Assembly (NCBI GenBank): GCA_032718475.1
Contig: JAUCBJ010007024.1
Location: 1-57,233, forward strand
Length of the DNA stretch: 57,233 nt
Reading direction: 5' to 3'
From: Nemertoderma westbladi
Taxonomy: Eukaryota > Animalia > Xenacoelomorpha
Shown here piece after piece: positions 10,413 to 22,830 of the stretch; within the stretch, counting starts at the first letter, position 1; each line of letters begins with the position of its first letter. Below the pieces are notes generated by a model that was not told the DNA's origin, made no database searches, and saw only the letters and a list, made by a program, of their open reading frames with translations. Position numbers and translations under genes: made by a program.

Positions 10413-11672
10413 ATGGACAGTCATCTACGGGCATTAAATCCTATATTAAAAGATGGGTTAATATGCCTTAATTCACGTCTAGGTAACGCACCATCAGGCA
10501 TAATACCAGCGTATCCAATAATTTTACCAAAAAATTCATTCGTAGTTGATCGGATTATTGGGGATGCCCACCAAAAGACTTTACACGGTGGTGTAGATGC
10601 CACATTGCAAAAAATCAGAAGGAACTTTTGGATCCCTGCAGTGAGAAAGAAAGTTAAAAGTCATGTAGAAAAATGTATGACTTGTCGCATGGTAAGGCGA
10701 CAACGAGTCCAACAAGTAATGTCACCACTACCACCAGAGAAAATAACGCCCTTCGAACCAGCATTTACTAATTCGGGGGTAGACTTATTTGGACCACTGA
10801 ACTGCAAAATAGGACGAAGGTTTGAGAAACGATGGGGTGCTATTTTTGTTTGTTATGCAACTCGAGCCATAGCACTAGAGATTGTGAAAAATGCCAGTGC
10901 GAGTGCCTTTATTAACGCACTTCGTAGATTTATATCCAGAGCTGGAAATGTGGTAAAATTGAGCTCAGATAATGGTACAAATTTTGTGGGAGCGAATGCA
11001 GAACTAAAGAAACTCTACCAGTGTGCCAGATCTAAGGAAGTTAGAGCAGTGGCCGAGAGGGAGGCAATCGAATGGAGGTTTCATACTCCTTATGCCCCGC
11101 ATTCGTCGGGTGTCTGGGAGAGGCTTATTCGTAGTTGCAAGCAGAGATTGGAGGCAGTCACCAAGAATAAGTGCTTAGAGGAGGACGACTTACGAACAAT
11201 ATTCTGCGAGGTAGAGGCAACTATGAATAATAGACCTTTATATCCAATGACAGACGACCCTACTTCTTATGACGTATTGACCCCTAGTCACCTCACATTT
11301 AAACAACCAGTAAGTGTGCTTAATAAGAACCTTTTTGAGGACAGTGACCAATATTCACGAAAAAGGTGGAAAGTTATACAAGAAATATCAAAATCATTTT
11401 GGAGAAAATGGGTGGAAGACTACCTCCCAACCTTACACCTTAGACATAAGTGGAGGGAAGAGCACCGCGATTTAAAACCTGGCGACCTAGTCATTGTTAG
11501 TGATGATACTTTGGCAAAGTATGACTGGGTTCTTGGCAGAGTACAAGAAAATTTGCCTGGATGCGATGGACACGTGCGTAGCGTTATTTTAAAGATACCT
11601 TTGGGCGGATTCAAAACAAAACTGGTGAAACGATCAGTTAGAAATTGCTGTCTCTTAGAAGAGTCAGCTTAA
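10413..11672 (+). CDS. E1 integrase (HHCC zinc finger and DDE core)
   Basis: H..TLHGG...CMTC, GVDLFGP, SDNGTNF, GVWERLIRS and a GPY/F-like tail. It is in the same frame as the upstream ORF, six codons after the TAA. Confidence 0.93.
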   Translation: MDSHLRALNPILKDGLICLNSRLGNAPSGIIPAYPIILPKNSFVVDRIIGDAHQKTLHGGVDATLQKIRRNFWIPAVRKKVKSHVEKCMTCRMVRRQRVQQVMSPLPPEKITPFEPAFTNSGVDLFGPLNCKIGRRFEKRWGAIFVCYATRAIALEIVKNASASAFINALRRFISRAGNVVKLSSDNGTNFVGANAELKKLYQCARSKEVRAVAEREAIEWRFHTPYAPHSSGVWERLIRSCKQRLEAVTKNKCLEEDDLRTIFCEVEATMNNRPLYPMTDDPTSYDVLTPSHLTFKQPVSVLNKNLFEDSDQYSRKRWKVIQEISKSFWRKWVEDYLPTLHLRHKWREEHRDLKPGDLVIVSDDTLAKYDWVLGRVQENLPGCDGHVRSVILKIPLGGFKTKLVKRSVRNCCLLEESA

Positions 11673-12746
11673 AAAACGAGACTGCATTGACTCGAAATAT
11701 AAGGGGGAGGATTACCGTTATAAAATTATATTTCTCACAATCGAAAATAGGTGTAAAATAAATAAATAAAAAAAAAAAAATAAAATAAAATAAAAAATAA
11801 ATAAATAAATCGTTTCGGAAAATATTATAATAATATGAAATATAGTAGTTAAATATAATAAAATTAAAATCGATTTATGTTTATTATCCAAAAATATTAA
11901 AAATATCAGTGTGTGTGATGATTATATGAGTGTATGATTGTGGTAAATGACGACGTGTTAAAGACCATTGACAACTGAAGAGGTGCACCTGACAAACACT
12001 GACGAACTTATGAATTTCTTGTCCAAATTGACAGGTAAGGATACGCGGGATATAGAGAGTTACGTAAGACCCATATTTTGTGGCTTCGTTGAGATACGAA
12101 GGGAACCTACACAATGTCTAGAAAAAGGGAGACGTCTCATTAGACATTGCGTGGGGGGGCAATACTTTACAGTAACCCACTGAAGGTATACGGGGGGAGC
12201 GGCGGTGACTCCTTCTAGTAGCCATTGAAACATATAACACTTGACATGGCAGGACTTAAATGACGAATAATGACGAAAAAATAGTTTAATTGATCGGATA
12301 AAAAATATAAATTGATTATAGCAAAAAGAATAAACCATGAAAATAAATAATTCTGGAATAATCACATAGAAATGTAACAATAATATGATTATGATAACAT
12401 AAAATTGAAATATATCGTTTAAGATGTATGTACTTAGGGATTTAATTTATGAAGATTTATAAGGAAAATTACTTTATACTGTAATAAGAAGTGAAAAATG
12501 TTATTTTTACTTTTTTTTTAAAGTAAATTAAAGTTTTTTTTTTTTTTTTCTTGGAAAATCAGACACATGTTAAAAGAGAATGAAGAGGTTTATTGAACCC
12601 GCTAAGACCCAGATACCACAAATCTGGTAGAGATCTGTTTTTTTTTTGGTTTATACATACATTCTAAGGATACATTACCTACAAAGGGATTTATGCCGCA
12701 AATTTATTCAGAAAGATTAGCAAGCTTATCTTTCTGGGGGGGAGTT

Positions 12747-13446
12747 TGTTGCGGGATAAATCCATTAATAATGTAATTATTGATAAGGGCATGCATGACG
12801 GGCTTTAGCTTGTTTGGATTGAAGCGAAGGGACCATCAGAGAGGGATATTGGTGTAAATTGTTGGGAGAGCGTCTGGTTATTGAGTGTGAGAGAGAGAGA
12901 GAGAGAGAGGGAATCTGTATTGAGCTGTGATGGTTAGATTGCAATGGCGCGAGGTGAGTGGTAATTAAAAGGTCGGGTGAAGGGCAATGTAATAGTAAGC
13001 TGAGGGGGGAACCTGTTACCGTGTAGAAACAAGCCAATAAAAATAGCTTCCTGGTTGACACGGTAGGGAGTGCCTTATTGCTAGAAAAGTTTGGTTAACC
13101 AATCAGGATGCAATATAGATAGATAGAAAAATCCAATCTTGTTTTATATACGAACAATATATTATTTATGATGTAAATTAATTAGGACAGAATCCCCGAG
13201 AGGATACAATGATTTGTAATGGGGCCCTTTGGCAAAAAAACCGATTAGCATCCTGTTTGGTTTCCCATAATTAAATATATTATTTACCGGTGAATTATTA
13301 GTACATATTATTAACTGAAATAACTAAAAAGGAAGAAGAAGATAAACTATCATTTTTCATAGTACGTAAATTATGGGACGAGCCTTACGGGCGGGTTTTC
13401 GGTCAAACCCATATACCGTGTAACCACTGAGGGGATTCCAGGAACA
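12747..13446 (+). repeat. E1 3' LTR (700 bp)
   Basis: No differences from the 5' LTR seen by eye. Followed by the TSD GTCTA. Confidence 0.97.
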
Positions 13447-14009
13447 GTCTAACTCTAAATGATTTTGTCAATTCACAGTTAGGCCATTTTAAACGGCAAC
13501 GTTTAAAATTGTAATTTAATTTATACTAATTTATACAGTTTATACATTTTGTTTTTTTAAACAAAAGGGGGGAAACAAGAATAATACTTCCTCTTTGAAG
13601 TAACAGTCTCGTCAAACTGCGCATTCAGGAATGAATGTTTGGTCCAAAATATTCAAATTTGAATGCTAGGTTTATTTATACAGATAGATGGAGTAGTAGT
13701 TGATGATGATGGTGGGTGAGGTGCATCAAATATCACAGATTCAGCAGCTATTTTAAGCAAAGTTGTATTACTGGTATTTGGTAATTTTGCAGGAGTATTA
13801 TTAATATCAGGCTGAGATGTGACAACAATTGTTTGAATTGAAAGGGTAGAATTAGAGTCATATCCAATGTAATAGGCTGACCTTCATCTTCAACAGATTG
13901 AGATGAGACATCTTCCCAATAATGTTTAGTGGGAGGACAACCACTGTACTTAAACACCTGCATTATACCAATATTATCAGGAAATGTACTCAGAGCATTA
14001 ATTTTGAAC

Positions 14010-14600
14010 TTCGAGAATTTTGACGGACAAACTGATAGATGGATAGACAGCGATAACTCGAGAACTAAAAACGATCTTGCCAAACCATTTTAAGCCCCCC
14101 CCCCCCCCCCCCCCCCCCCCTTTAAGGGTTTTGCGGATTTTATAAATTAATATTTTGGTGGTTCGATCAGCCATTGTATGGCTGGGTCAACAAATGGTTA
14201 AAAATTTCAAAGATAAATTTTAAAGTATGCCTGGAAATGTCCCCATAGACTTTACGTATAATGTATGAATTAATATATAATATCAAAATACTCATATTCC
14301 ATGCTATAGGCCAAAGATCTTAAAAATGACCCTTTTGTGATCTTTATCGACCAAAAGTTCGAATTTTAGAGTAATATCACTGATTTTCGGTATATTTTTG
14401 CCTACTTCTCAAATGTGGCGATTCGCCTCTGATATTCGACTAGGCGGTCAGGACCCCGAATTTACGAAAATCCATTTATCTCGGCTTCCACTGGGTCTTT
14501 TCGAAAATTTTAAAATTGGCGAGCTACTCTCGTTGTTTCCCATCGATTGGCATCGATACTCCACATTCTCTACCATTATTTTCCATATGGTGAGGAGTAA
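14010..14600. mobile_element. Probable non-autonomous TE (Helentron/DINE-like or MITE remnant)
   Basis: A GACGGACAAACTGATAGATGGATAGACAG microsatellite-like tract, a poly-C run and a CCCATAGACTT motif. Termini are not resolved. Confidence 0.3.
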
Positions 14601-15168
14601 GTTAGTAACAGATTACTTAGAACATATTACTTATCGCACTGCTGTTGTTACCATAGATAAATAAGATAGAAAAATCCGTTTTCATTGTTGCTCTTCCTCC
14701 AAATACATCAAGTGCTCTTCAGCCGCTCGACGTAGGTGTCTATGGACCCACAAAGAAGGTCTCGTATTCTATTTTGACATGCTTTTATCGAGAATCTTAT
14801 CAAAAGACTGTTAAGAAGGGGGCCTTTCCAACCCTTTTGAAGGAGTTATTTGAATTAGCATTTGTCGCAATACCAGAGCATTTGTTTGCTGGATTTATTG
14901 ATTATTATTTTTATTAATGCTGTAATTTTATTTTTATTTATTATCAAGAATTAGGTTTATTAAATCATATCATTTATGATAATATGAAAGAAAGGTTATA
15001 TTGCTTTAATAATTGAATTACTTAATTAAATCATGGAAATTATAAAGAAGTTAAATAATAAAGCACAAGATCATGGCTGAAAACTAACTCTAACTCTGCC
15101 GCTGTCCTCTTCCAAACGGTCCAAAAGGGCCGCGGGGATCAAGAAGCCAGTTAGGGTCACACCGGTTA

Positions 15169-15275
15169 CAGCATGTCCTGGAATATAGTGTCGTTATTCA
15201 GGTACCTGCCCCCCCCCCCCCCCCAACCCTTTTTCTACAAAATCTTAATGAGATTGCATGGAATTTGAAACAGAG
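15169..15275 (+). mobile_element. Single arm of a MITE related to the 671-985 family
   Basis: TA|CAGCATGTCCTGGAATATAGTGT...poly-C...TTTTTCTACAAA..GAATTTGAAACA parallels the left arm of the 671-985 element. Confidence 0.55.
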
Positions 15276-15278
15276 ACA

Positions 15279-15470
15279 GTTTCACCTCCCTCCTCCTTCC
15301 TGGGTGAACCAGAATTTTTATTTTTGCTTTCATTCTTTAGCTACAAGTTTCACCTCCAATCCTTCCTGGGTGAGCCAGAATTTTTATTTTTTCTTTCATT
15401 CTTTAGCTACAAGTTTCACCTCCCCCCTCCTTCCTGGGTGAGCCAGAATTTTTATTTTTGCTTTCATTCT
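15279..15470. repeat. Tandem repeat of about 67 bp, about 2.8 copies
   Basis: Unit GTTTCACCTCC..CCTTCCTGGGTGA(A/G)CCAGAATTTTTATTTTT..TTTCATTCTTTAGCTACAA. Confidence 0.9.
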
Positions 15471-15654
15471 TCTTATATTATATTACAACAGACCCATGAA
15501 AATTTATGCTAGATTGCTTGCAGTATTTCTTCCTGTTATAAGGGATCGGCTTATTACATTATCCAAAAGTTCTCACAGCCCGTAGACTCTCATTTAACAG
15601 TGTTGTTTGATCTCTATATTAGAAGACATTTCACTGATTGACTCCCAATTACTT

Positions 15655-16920
15655 TTATTGGAATCTGCTTATCGCCACTGTCTGACACTTATCTTTGAAA
15701 GATCTACTGCAATATTTTCCTCCTACACGAATAGTTGCAGAGCATGACCGACAATATCCTGATTTCTGTAGCTGCAGATTAGCCACATAACAACCTTTAC
15801 AAAGGTCCTTCCCCCTTCGTGTATTATTAAATTTACAGTTCATACATGTAACATCATATGGAACATCCTGATGACTAATCCAGTCTATTAATTCTCTGTT
15901 CATCCCAGTATTCTGCAGCAGATGACTCTGAACCACTTCCTGGTTACATAACCATACCACAACACACACCACCTACTTACATAATTCTTGTTGTTGTGCT
16001 TATCTCCACATTTCTGACAATACGAATAATATCCTCTTTCCATAATATGTCTCCTGCATATCGTGCAATAATTTCGTTGGTGACCACTGCTACGACTATG
16101 AGTTGATGTAAGCTCTGGACTAACCCTAGTTCTTCCAACAACCTTTTTCCACTCGTCTGTATTTATATCTTCACTTGCTAGGACATTTGTCCTTGACTCT
16201 GGCAGTGAACTTTCCAGTGAAAATTCCAAACTGTACTGATGGCTGTCAGACTTTCGAGAATTATGTTGAGAACTCTTTCGGCGTTTGAAATCACACTTCT
16301 TATAACACATAAATTTCATACCAATAATTATATTGCAATCTTTACACCGATTAGTTTTCTTTCTCATTGATGCACCTATAATGCTGCTGGTGGACTCCAT
16401 CTCACTGTTATCTGAGACAATAGGACTTGGTTTCCCTTCCCTTCTAGCTTCTATGTCCTCTGTAATATTCAACATTTCTAGTCACAGTTTCTAGCTACAG
16501 TTTTCTTCACTGTATTTCTTACATTTCCAACTGTCTGCCATCAACCTTTGTCTGTGACTGTCCTTTGCTCTTTCCTCTTTCCACCATATTCTGGTATTGA
16601 ACTTAAGTCACTTCCAGATCGAGAGTGGGAATAGGTCACCTGATTTGTCTTCCCTCCAGATTCAGTTTTATGACTCATGTCAGATACAGAATCCGCAATA
16701 AAGTCCTTGACCTATAAAGCATTTGTTATACTGATGACATCTTCCATCTCGGTGTACCCCCATTGCCACATTAATATCACCAGCTTCTGACTTCTGTTCT
16801 ACAGTTGTGTCGGGAGTTTCTCTCCCATATGAGGAGGAAATTTCATCCACCCCTCCCATTCTGACACCGACCCCACCACCATGATACGCCTCACCTTTTA
16901 GAGGTTCTGTGGCAGTGGCC
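15655..16920 (-). pseudogene. Degraded coding region with repeated CxxC (zinc-ribbon-like) pairs, family unknown
   Basis: CKDC..CYKKC, CTIC..CQKC, CMNC..CKGC and CRSC..C lie in overlapping ORFs 15900-16475 and 15655-15972. The upstream frame is coding-like but contains stops. Confidence 0.4.
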
Positions 16921-16925
16921 TCTAC

Positions 16926-18600
16926 TCAACAACCTGGATTGATGGAAAATAATTTAAGTGGAGGGCCGCGAATACCATAGCATGAGAGTTTCTGGAGAAG
17001 AATGTCGTGGTTAATAGTATCAAAGGCTTTTTTAGATCGATGTAAATGACAAGAATAATTTTGATCGTCAAGATATTGATGCATTTTTTCAATGACAGAT
17101 AACAGAGCATGGGTGGTGGATGTTTTTGGGCGGAAACCGTACTGGCATGATGATAGGATGGAGAATTTGTGTAAGTATGATAGTAGCTGAGAGTTAATTA
17201 TTTGTTCGAATACTTTACTTAATATGGGCAAAAGAGAAATTGGGCGGTAGTTATTGCGATCGGAGTTGTCACCTGATTTAAAAACGGGGATAACTTTAGC
17301 TTTTTTTAATGCGTCTGGGAAAAAACCATGGGTAATAGAAATATTGAAGAGGTCACTTAGTATGAGAGATAATGGTTTAGCAGCCAGAATGAGCAATCTA
17401 GTTGGAAATGGGCCGTTTGAAGAAGTGTGGGGGTCTAGCTGGAGTAGTTTGAATTCAACTTCAATGGGGCAGGTTTCGATTAGGGAGAAAGAGTTACGAG
17501 GTGGGTTAATATGTCGGGTTGGTCTGCGCGGCGATGTAGGAATAGTACTGGATAGTGATTGTCCAATAGTGGAGAATTATATATTAAAAAGCTCAGCTAT
17601 GGAAGATGGGTCAGTAATCGTTTTAATAGTAAGATCAGTTTTAACGGTAAGTTTTGTAGGGAGTTTGGATTTATTGTTTCTATTTAAAGCTGAATTAATT
17701 ATAAACCAGGTTTTCTTAATATTTCCGGCATTAGTTTTAAACTGTCTAGCGTAATAATTTTTTCAGCAGTACGGAGGGTAGAGGTTAATTGGTTGCGGTA
17801 AGTTGTAAAAACTAAGTGATTATTTTGAGAGGGGTTTTTAATATAGGCACGGTACAGTTTATTTTTTGTAAGGGTACAGTTAATTAAGTTATCGGTCATC
17901 CATCCATGGTTTAAGAGGAATGGAACGAGGGGGGACTGCGGTACGGGGGACGTGCTAGAACAAATGTTATTAAGGAAGGTCATTGTAAAAGTTGTCGAAT
18001 TTATCGGAAGTGTTCAAGTTATTAGTAAAGGTACTAGTGCTCAGACACTCAATTTCAGAGACGAATACAGATTGATTGAAGTTTGAGAAATCAAACTTAA
18101 ATGTTTGTTTAGGGGCAATGGAAGAAGAGGAGTATTTTTCGAGAATAACAAAGGTGGGTTGGTGGTCGCTGGAGCCGATTTTACAAGAAATTGTACTGGA
18201 ATAGGAAGGTGGAGGAAGTTGTGATGTTAGTAAAGATATGGTCGATTAGTGTTTCAGAGTGAATGGTATGTCCTGGAAGTTCAGAGTGAAAAATTCGAGT
18301 AGGTTGATTAATTAATTGGACGAAACCATAAGAAGTCAGTAGATCGATATATGAAGATGATTCAGTGTTCAGTTTAAGTAGGTTAATGTTCATATCACCA
18401 GTTATAACAATGTCAAGGTTATTTTTAGAAAGGTTAGAAAGGGTTGGGTCCAGTACTGTTAGGAATTCAGCGTTAGCTACAGAGTCGGGGCGATAGATTG
18501 TACCAATTATAAGAGGTTTGGAATTACGGGGACGTTTAATTTGAACCGAAGTACTCTCGAGCCCAGCCATCTGGATATCGGGTGTAACAGTTTGAAGTCA
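16926..18600 (-). mobile_element. CR1/L2-group LINE fragment (AP endonuclease and N-half of RT), frameshifted
   Basis: Endonuclease motifs IGTIYRP, ITGDMNIN, QPTR and TLIDHIF. RT motifs FPDALKKAKVIPVFK, NYRPISLL, QYGFR and KKAFDTINH. Confidence 0.92.
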
Positions 18601-20755
18601 TTAATGACAATGCTGAACGCGGAGTTGCCTTGTGTAAGGAACTATCATCACTTTTAACCCACAATGAAGAGCAGTTTCAGTATCTGGCAAAGACTATAGC
18701 TGACCATCAACAACGCTTCCCTGATAGCTGCAAGAGTACTTACTCTTCTGAAACTAGATGAACTAGAAGACCCACCCCCAAACTCAAATATGACAAACTA
18801 AACAAGATCTACCGGGTACACTACAACTATTTGACTCACTGTTGTTTAATAAACACAATGATACTCTACTGATTGATAGGACTATATTATATATATAATA
18901 TAATGAGTACTATCATACTCATTAGACATTGTTGGTAGCTATCTCTAAGTATATTACACATTCATTGCTAGGTTGCTTAACGTCAGAGTTTGCTTGATGA
19001 TTTGATTGTTGATTATTTTATCACCAAAAATCTCACTCATGCATTGTATGCTTGTTTAGGAGGCCATTAACTGGATATGTTGGGCTTTCGAGGACTGCGA
19101 TAGAAAGTGCAGTAATGGATAAGGAATGTACAATTTCTAAACATCAACATATTTCAATCAAAATTTTTGTGTAACGTTTTTTAGTCAAAGTAACCATTTT
19201 TGAGGGTAAGACCTTAGAAATTCGAAACTTGAAAATTTGGGCTATGTTGGAGGAGGACCAGTCTAATATATATACCGGTATTAAATACATTATTACAAGT
19301 TAAATAGAAAATGATACTGGTATATAAATAATAATAGGCTTAACATATTTATTTTTAGATGGAAAGCAATCAGCAGGAGGCCGATAAAGATATCGAGTGT
19401 ACCAGTAGCCTTAGCGATACCGGTGGAGAGGAGGTTAGGGTGGAAGAGGAGGTTATGGCAGAGGAGGAGATAATGGGAGGCCTAATAGCAGGAGGTAGTG
19501 GCGGGAGTTCTCTGCCAGAGCAAACAGGCACAGGACTGACAGGAGATGGAGACACCATGATCGATACTGGGAGGTCACTTCCAGCAAACGGTTAATATTA
19601 ATATATTGTGTTTATTTTGTTACATATCAAGCAAGTGTTTTAAGAACATAAATTCTCCTCAGAATTATCTTATTTTGTTCCATATTTTTAGCTTTATAAC
19701 ATTGCAATAACAAATGCGCTATTGCACTGGTACATTTAAAATCATATTTAATGTTGTTAAATATATTCCATTATTCCGTCATATAAAAAAAACACTCCAG
19801 ATTAATGATAATAGCGTAAAGTTACTAAATCATTAATATTTCTACTTACTATTAGGATATTTGAGAGACCTCATTCATTACATTGTATGATTATTTTTAA
19901 ACTGTACATTAACAGGTTTTATTAAATTATTGCTTACTTTAGGATTCTGGTTGATCAGCGGACTTTGGGGAATTTACGGGACCCAGGACCAGTATGGGAC
20001 CCAGCACCAGTACAGAACCCAGGACCAGGACCCAGGACCTCACTGCAGCCGGAAATGCGATAAGGATTTTGTTTACCTTTATAGTGTGTGGTTAATAGTG
20101 TCTAGTAGACAGTATAGTTAGTGATGTTAAGGCATCTTCTGGTGTTTCTCTGTGCCCTCTCGGTGTCAGACTAATGGCGCGACATCTCCCTGCACTAAAT
20201 TAATTATTCAATGGTCTAGGCTCGTCCATCCATATACCCATCCACTCCCATACACTCCATGAACCTCCATGTGGTCTTGTATGTAGTTCTCTCTCTACCA
20301 ATACAGCCCATGTCCACAATGTTACGTCCTGTGGGCTCTCTCATCTACCTGATATCAGACATACAGGCGAACCGCACACTAAGCCTTTGTCGGTCCCAGC
20401 AAGTTAGCTAGATAACTCGCCATAACCTGCCAATCAGATGACTTGAACAAATGTGTTCACATGTGATCACATTGGATGAAATCTGCTTTTTCTGGTGGCC
20501 TGTACTGTAATTGCGTTGACTTCCTTTCAAATCCGTTAAAAATTCCGTTTCAAATCCCGTTACTTAAGTGCAGAGAATAGATACCCTATATCTAAACAGT
20601 ACTTATTGTATGTATGGTAAAGGAAGGGCCTAATGTTTACTAGCCATTGTTTAGAATTTAAAACATATTTAATCATATTTAATGACAAAATAAAATTTTG
20701 AATCATTTAAAAATTTAAATTATTATTCTGAATGAGTGATTAAATTATTATCTAG

Positions 20756-22335
20756 GGTTGTCGACAAATCCTATACCAACTAGACGAAACCGTGAGAAAA
20801 ATGTTCAACCATATCCAAGCATCTGGGTCGTTAGAGAAAAGTGAAATTTGGCCAGCCACTGTTTCGATACCTATTAGATCGAGCGACCAAATTCGATTAT
20901 TAAATGAGGAGTTGGAGAATACGCGCAAGCGGATTACAGTTGCAAGTTTTCCAGCATTTTTGTTAATGTGATATGTTAATCATTAATCTGTCGGTATATA
21001 TCCTTACAAACATTCGAAATCACACTGTATGGCTAAAGAATTTCATACATAATAATAATTATTATATACATTATATGGCGCCTTTCGTAAAGTAAGTAGG
21101 CCTACAAAGAGCTTTGGCATTAATCGCTAAAAAGGTGCAGAACAGCTAAATAGATAAAAACAGTTTTTTTAACTGACAGTAAGAACTTCTTACTCTCAAG
21201 ATGACTCATTCACCCTAGTAGCCATCACGTGTTTTGTAGTTCGGGTTTTTGATGTCAGTTTTCCCAATTTACAAAGTCATGTTTGTATCAATGCTTGTTA
21301 GTCTTTCCGTCAAAACATAATCGACATCCGGTTAGACAGTTGGAAACCATTAAATGTGAAAACTGACATCGTAATGTACAGTATATGAAATCGGCGATAA
21401 GAAAGATAAACCTTTATTACTATTACATCGTAATAATTAAATAATAAGCTTAGTTCTGTAATATGTACTGTAATTACTTAACGGTTTTTGAAATTTCAGA
21501 TTAAATATCTTAAACCTCGCTGCTATGGGCATGGTGTGTTTGATGTAGTAAGAACAACAATCCGTCACATATTTGTTCCGGAAGTTCTTGTAAAAGTTTA
21601 TTGGTCTGGGGCAAACCAGTGCTTAAAGTTTGTAGAGATGACCAACATCGTTAATGTGATCAATAGTTAGTATACCAGAGTTTTATTCTAAATGGATTAA
21701 ATATAATACAATATTTTGATTATGACTGTTACCAGTATGTCATTGTACATATTTATTAATTGGCCATGGAAAATAAGGGTTGTCGGTACATACTGTAGGC
21801 CTATATTTAAAAACCTACAAATAAAATATTTTATCAGCTGGAGACCATAAGTTGAATGTAACCATAGAGATCTACTGGTCGGACGGTTTCCCCGCAGATG
21901 GGTGCTTTATCAAGAAAGTAGCAGTGCTAATGGGCATCGTTGCATATCAGTCGAGATTTAAGGGAAAAGTCGTACAGTTGATGCTATACCATTATTTTCC
22001 TTCTCTGATGACTTCCCTTAGCAGGTGTTCTGACGAAATATAAGGAGACGTTAACAAACTACTGTAATATTCATCGCGATAAGTAATATGATTTTATGAT
22101 TAACTGCTGGTCAGAATCAATGTTTAATAACATCGACATGTTTTCCAATTTAAAATATATATTTTTAAATGTATCTTCAAAAGGTATCGTTGTTGCAAAT
22201 ATCCAAACCGCCTCCAAGATACAAATAAAGAAGGCTATTACTGCGGCATTAAAGCGGGAAAGCGATAGAGTTCGCCAAGAGACGAAACGGAAAGGGACCT
22301 CTGGAAGAGCAGTTACTGTTACCCTGCTGAAATAG
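20756..22335 (+). CDS. Spliced DUF4806 (BEN-like) protein; exons 20756-20941, 21500-21665 and 22184-22335; possible upstream exon 19359-19590
   Basis: Phase-compatible junctions (GC-AG then GT-AG) give ...IPIRSSDQIRLLNEELENTRKRITV|IKYLKPRCYGHGVFDVVRTTIRHIFVPEVLVKVYWSGANQCLKFVEMTNIVNVINS|IVVANIQTASKIQIKKAITAALKRESDR, which fits the DUF4806 pattern as I recall it. Confidence 0.65.
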
Positions 22336-22499
22336 ACTAACAATATCATATAGTATAATATCTACTGTAGTATTGTATAGTAAACTGTGGTTAATTAGAT
22401 AACTAAATAATAACAAAATAATACTAATTAATACTAATAATTAAGAGGTTCAAAAGGCCGATAGGTTGACATCATGAACAAAATTACGTATACAACATT

Positions 22500-22830
22500 G
22501 TGTGTGAAAAGGTGCTCAATATAAGAGTAGAATGTATTACCTTGGACTAGAACCACTAGAACTTCGCCGTATTTATCGTGATCTTATTTTTACATACAAA
22601 ATAATTAACGAACGCGTTAATTTAGACGCCAGTAATTTCTTTAGACGTTCGAACTATAGCTCTACTAGAGGGCACAATGTTAACTAAGACTGCTCTAAGT
22701 ATAAGACTAATTGTGTTGGTAACATGTTTTTCAACCGTGTGATAAATATTTGGAGTAACTTACCTGAATTCAAAAAACGAATTCGTGATTGTGATTTTAC
22801 ACAATATTGTAAGTTTGATAGGAATCTATA
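22500..22830 (+). mobile_element. CR1-like LINE 3' remnant
   Basis: LGLEPLELRRIYRDLIFTYKIIN...TRGH...FFNRVINIWSNLP. Confidence 0.75.

Larger units (their letters stand above)
4863..13446 (+). mobile_element. BEL/Pao LTR retrotransposon E1, internally deleted (RT C-half and RNase H missing)
   Basis: TG...CA LTRs at 4863-5562 and 12747-13446. 5-bp TSD GTCTA at 4858-4862 and 13447-13451. PPT TGGGGGGGAG precedes the 3' LTR. BEL-type gag, protease, RT and integrase motifs. Confidence 0.97.

Noticed and set aside
5727-11614. Short antisense and alternative-frame ORFs inside the retrotransposon polyproteins (also in E2 and E3)
   Set aside because: These are shadow ORFs with no recognisable motifs.
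20130-20400. Possible RTE LINE 3' remnant on the minus strand
   Set aside because: The resemblance is only faint (RLSVRFAC...KTTW) and not enough to call.
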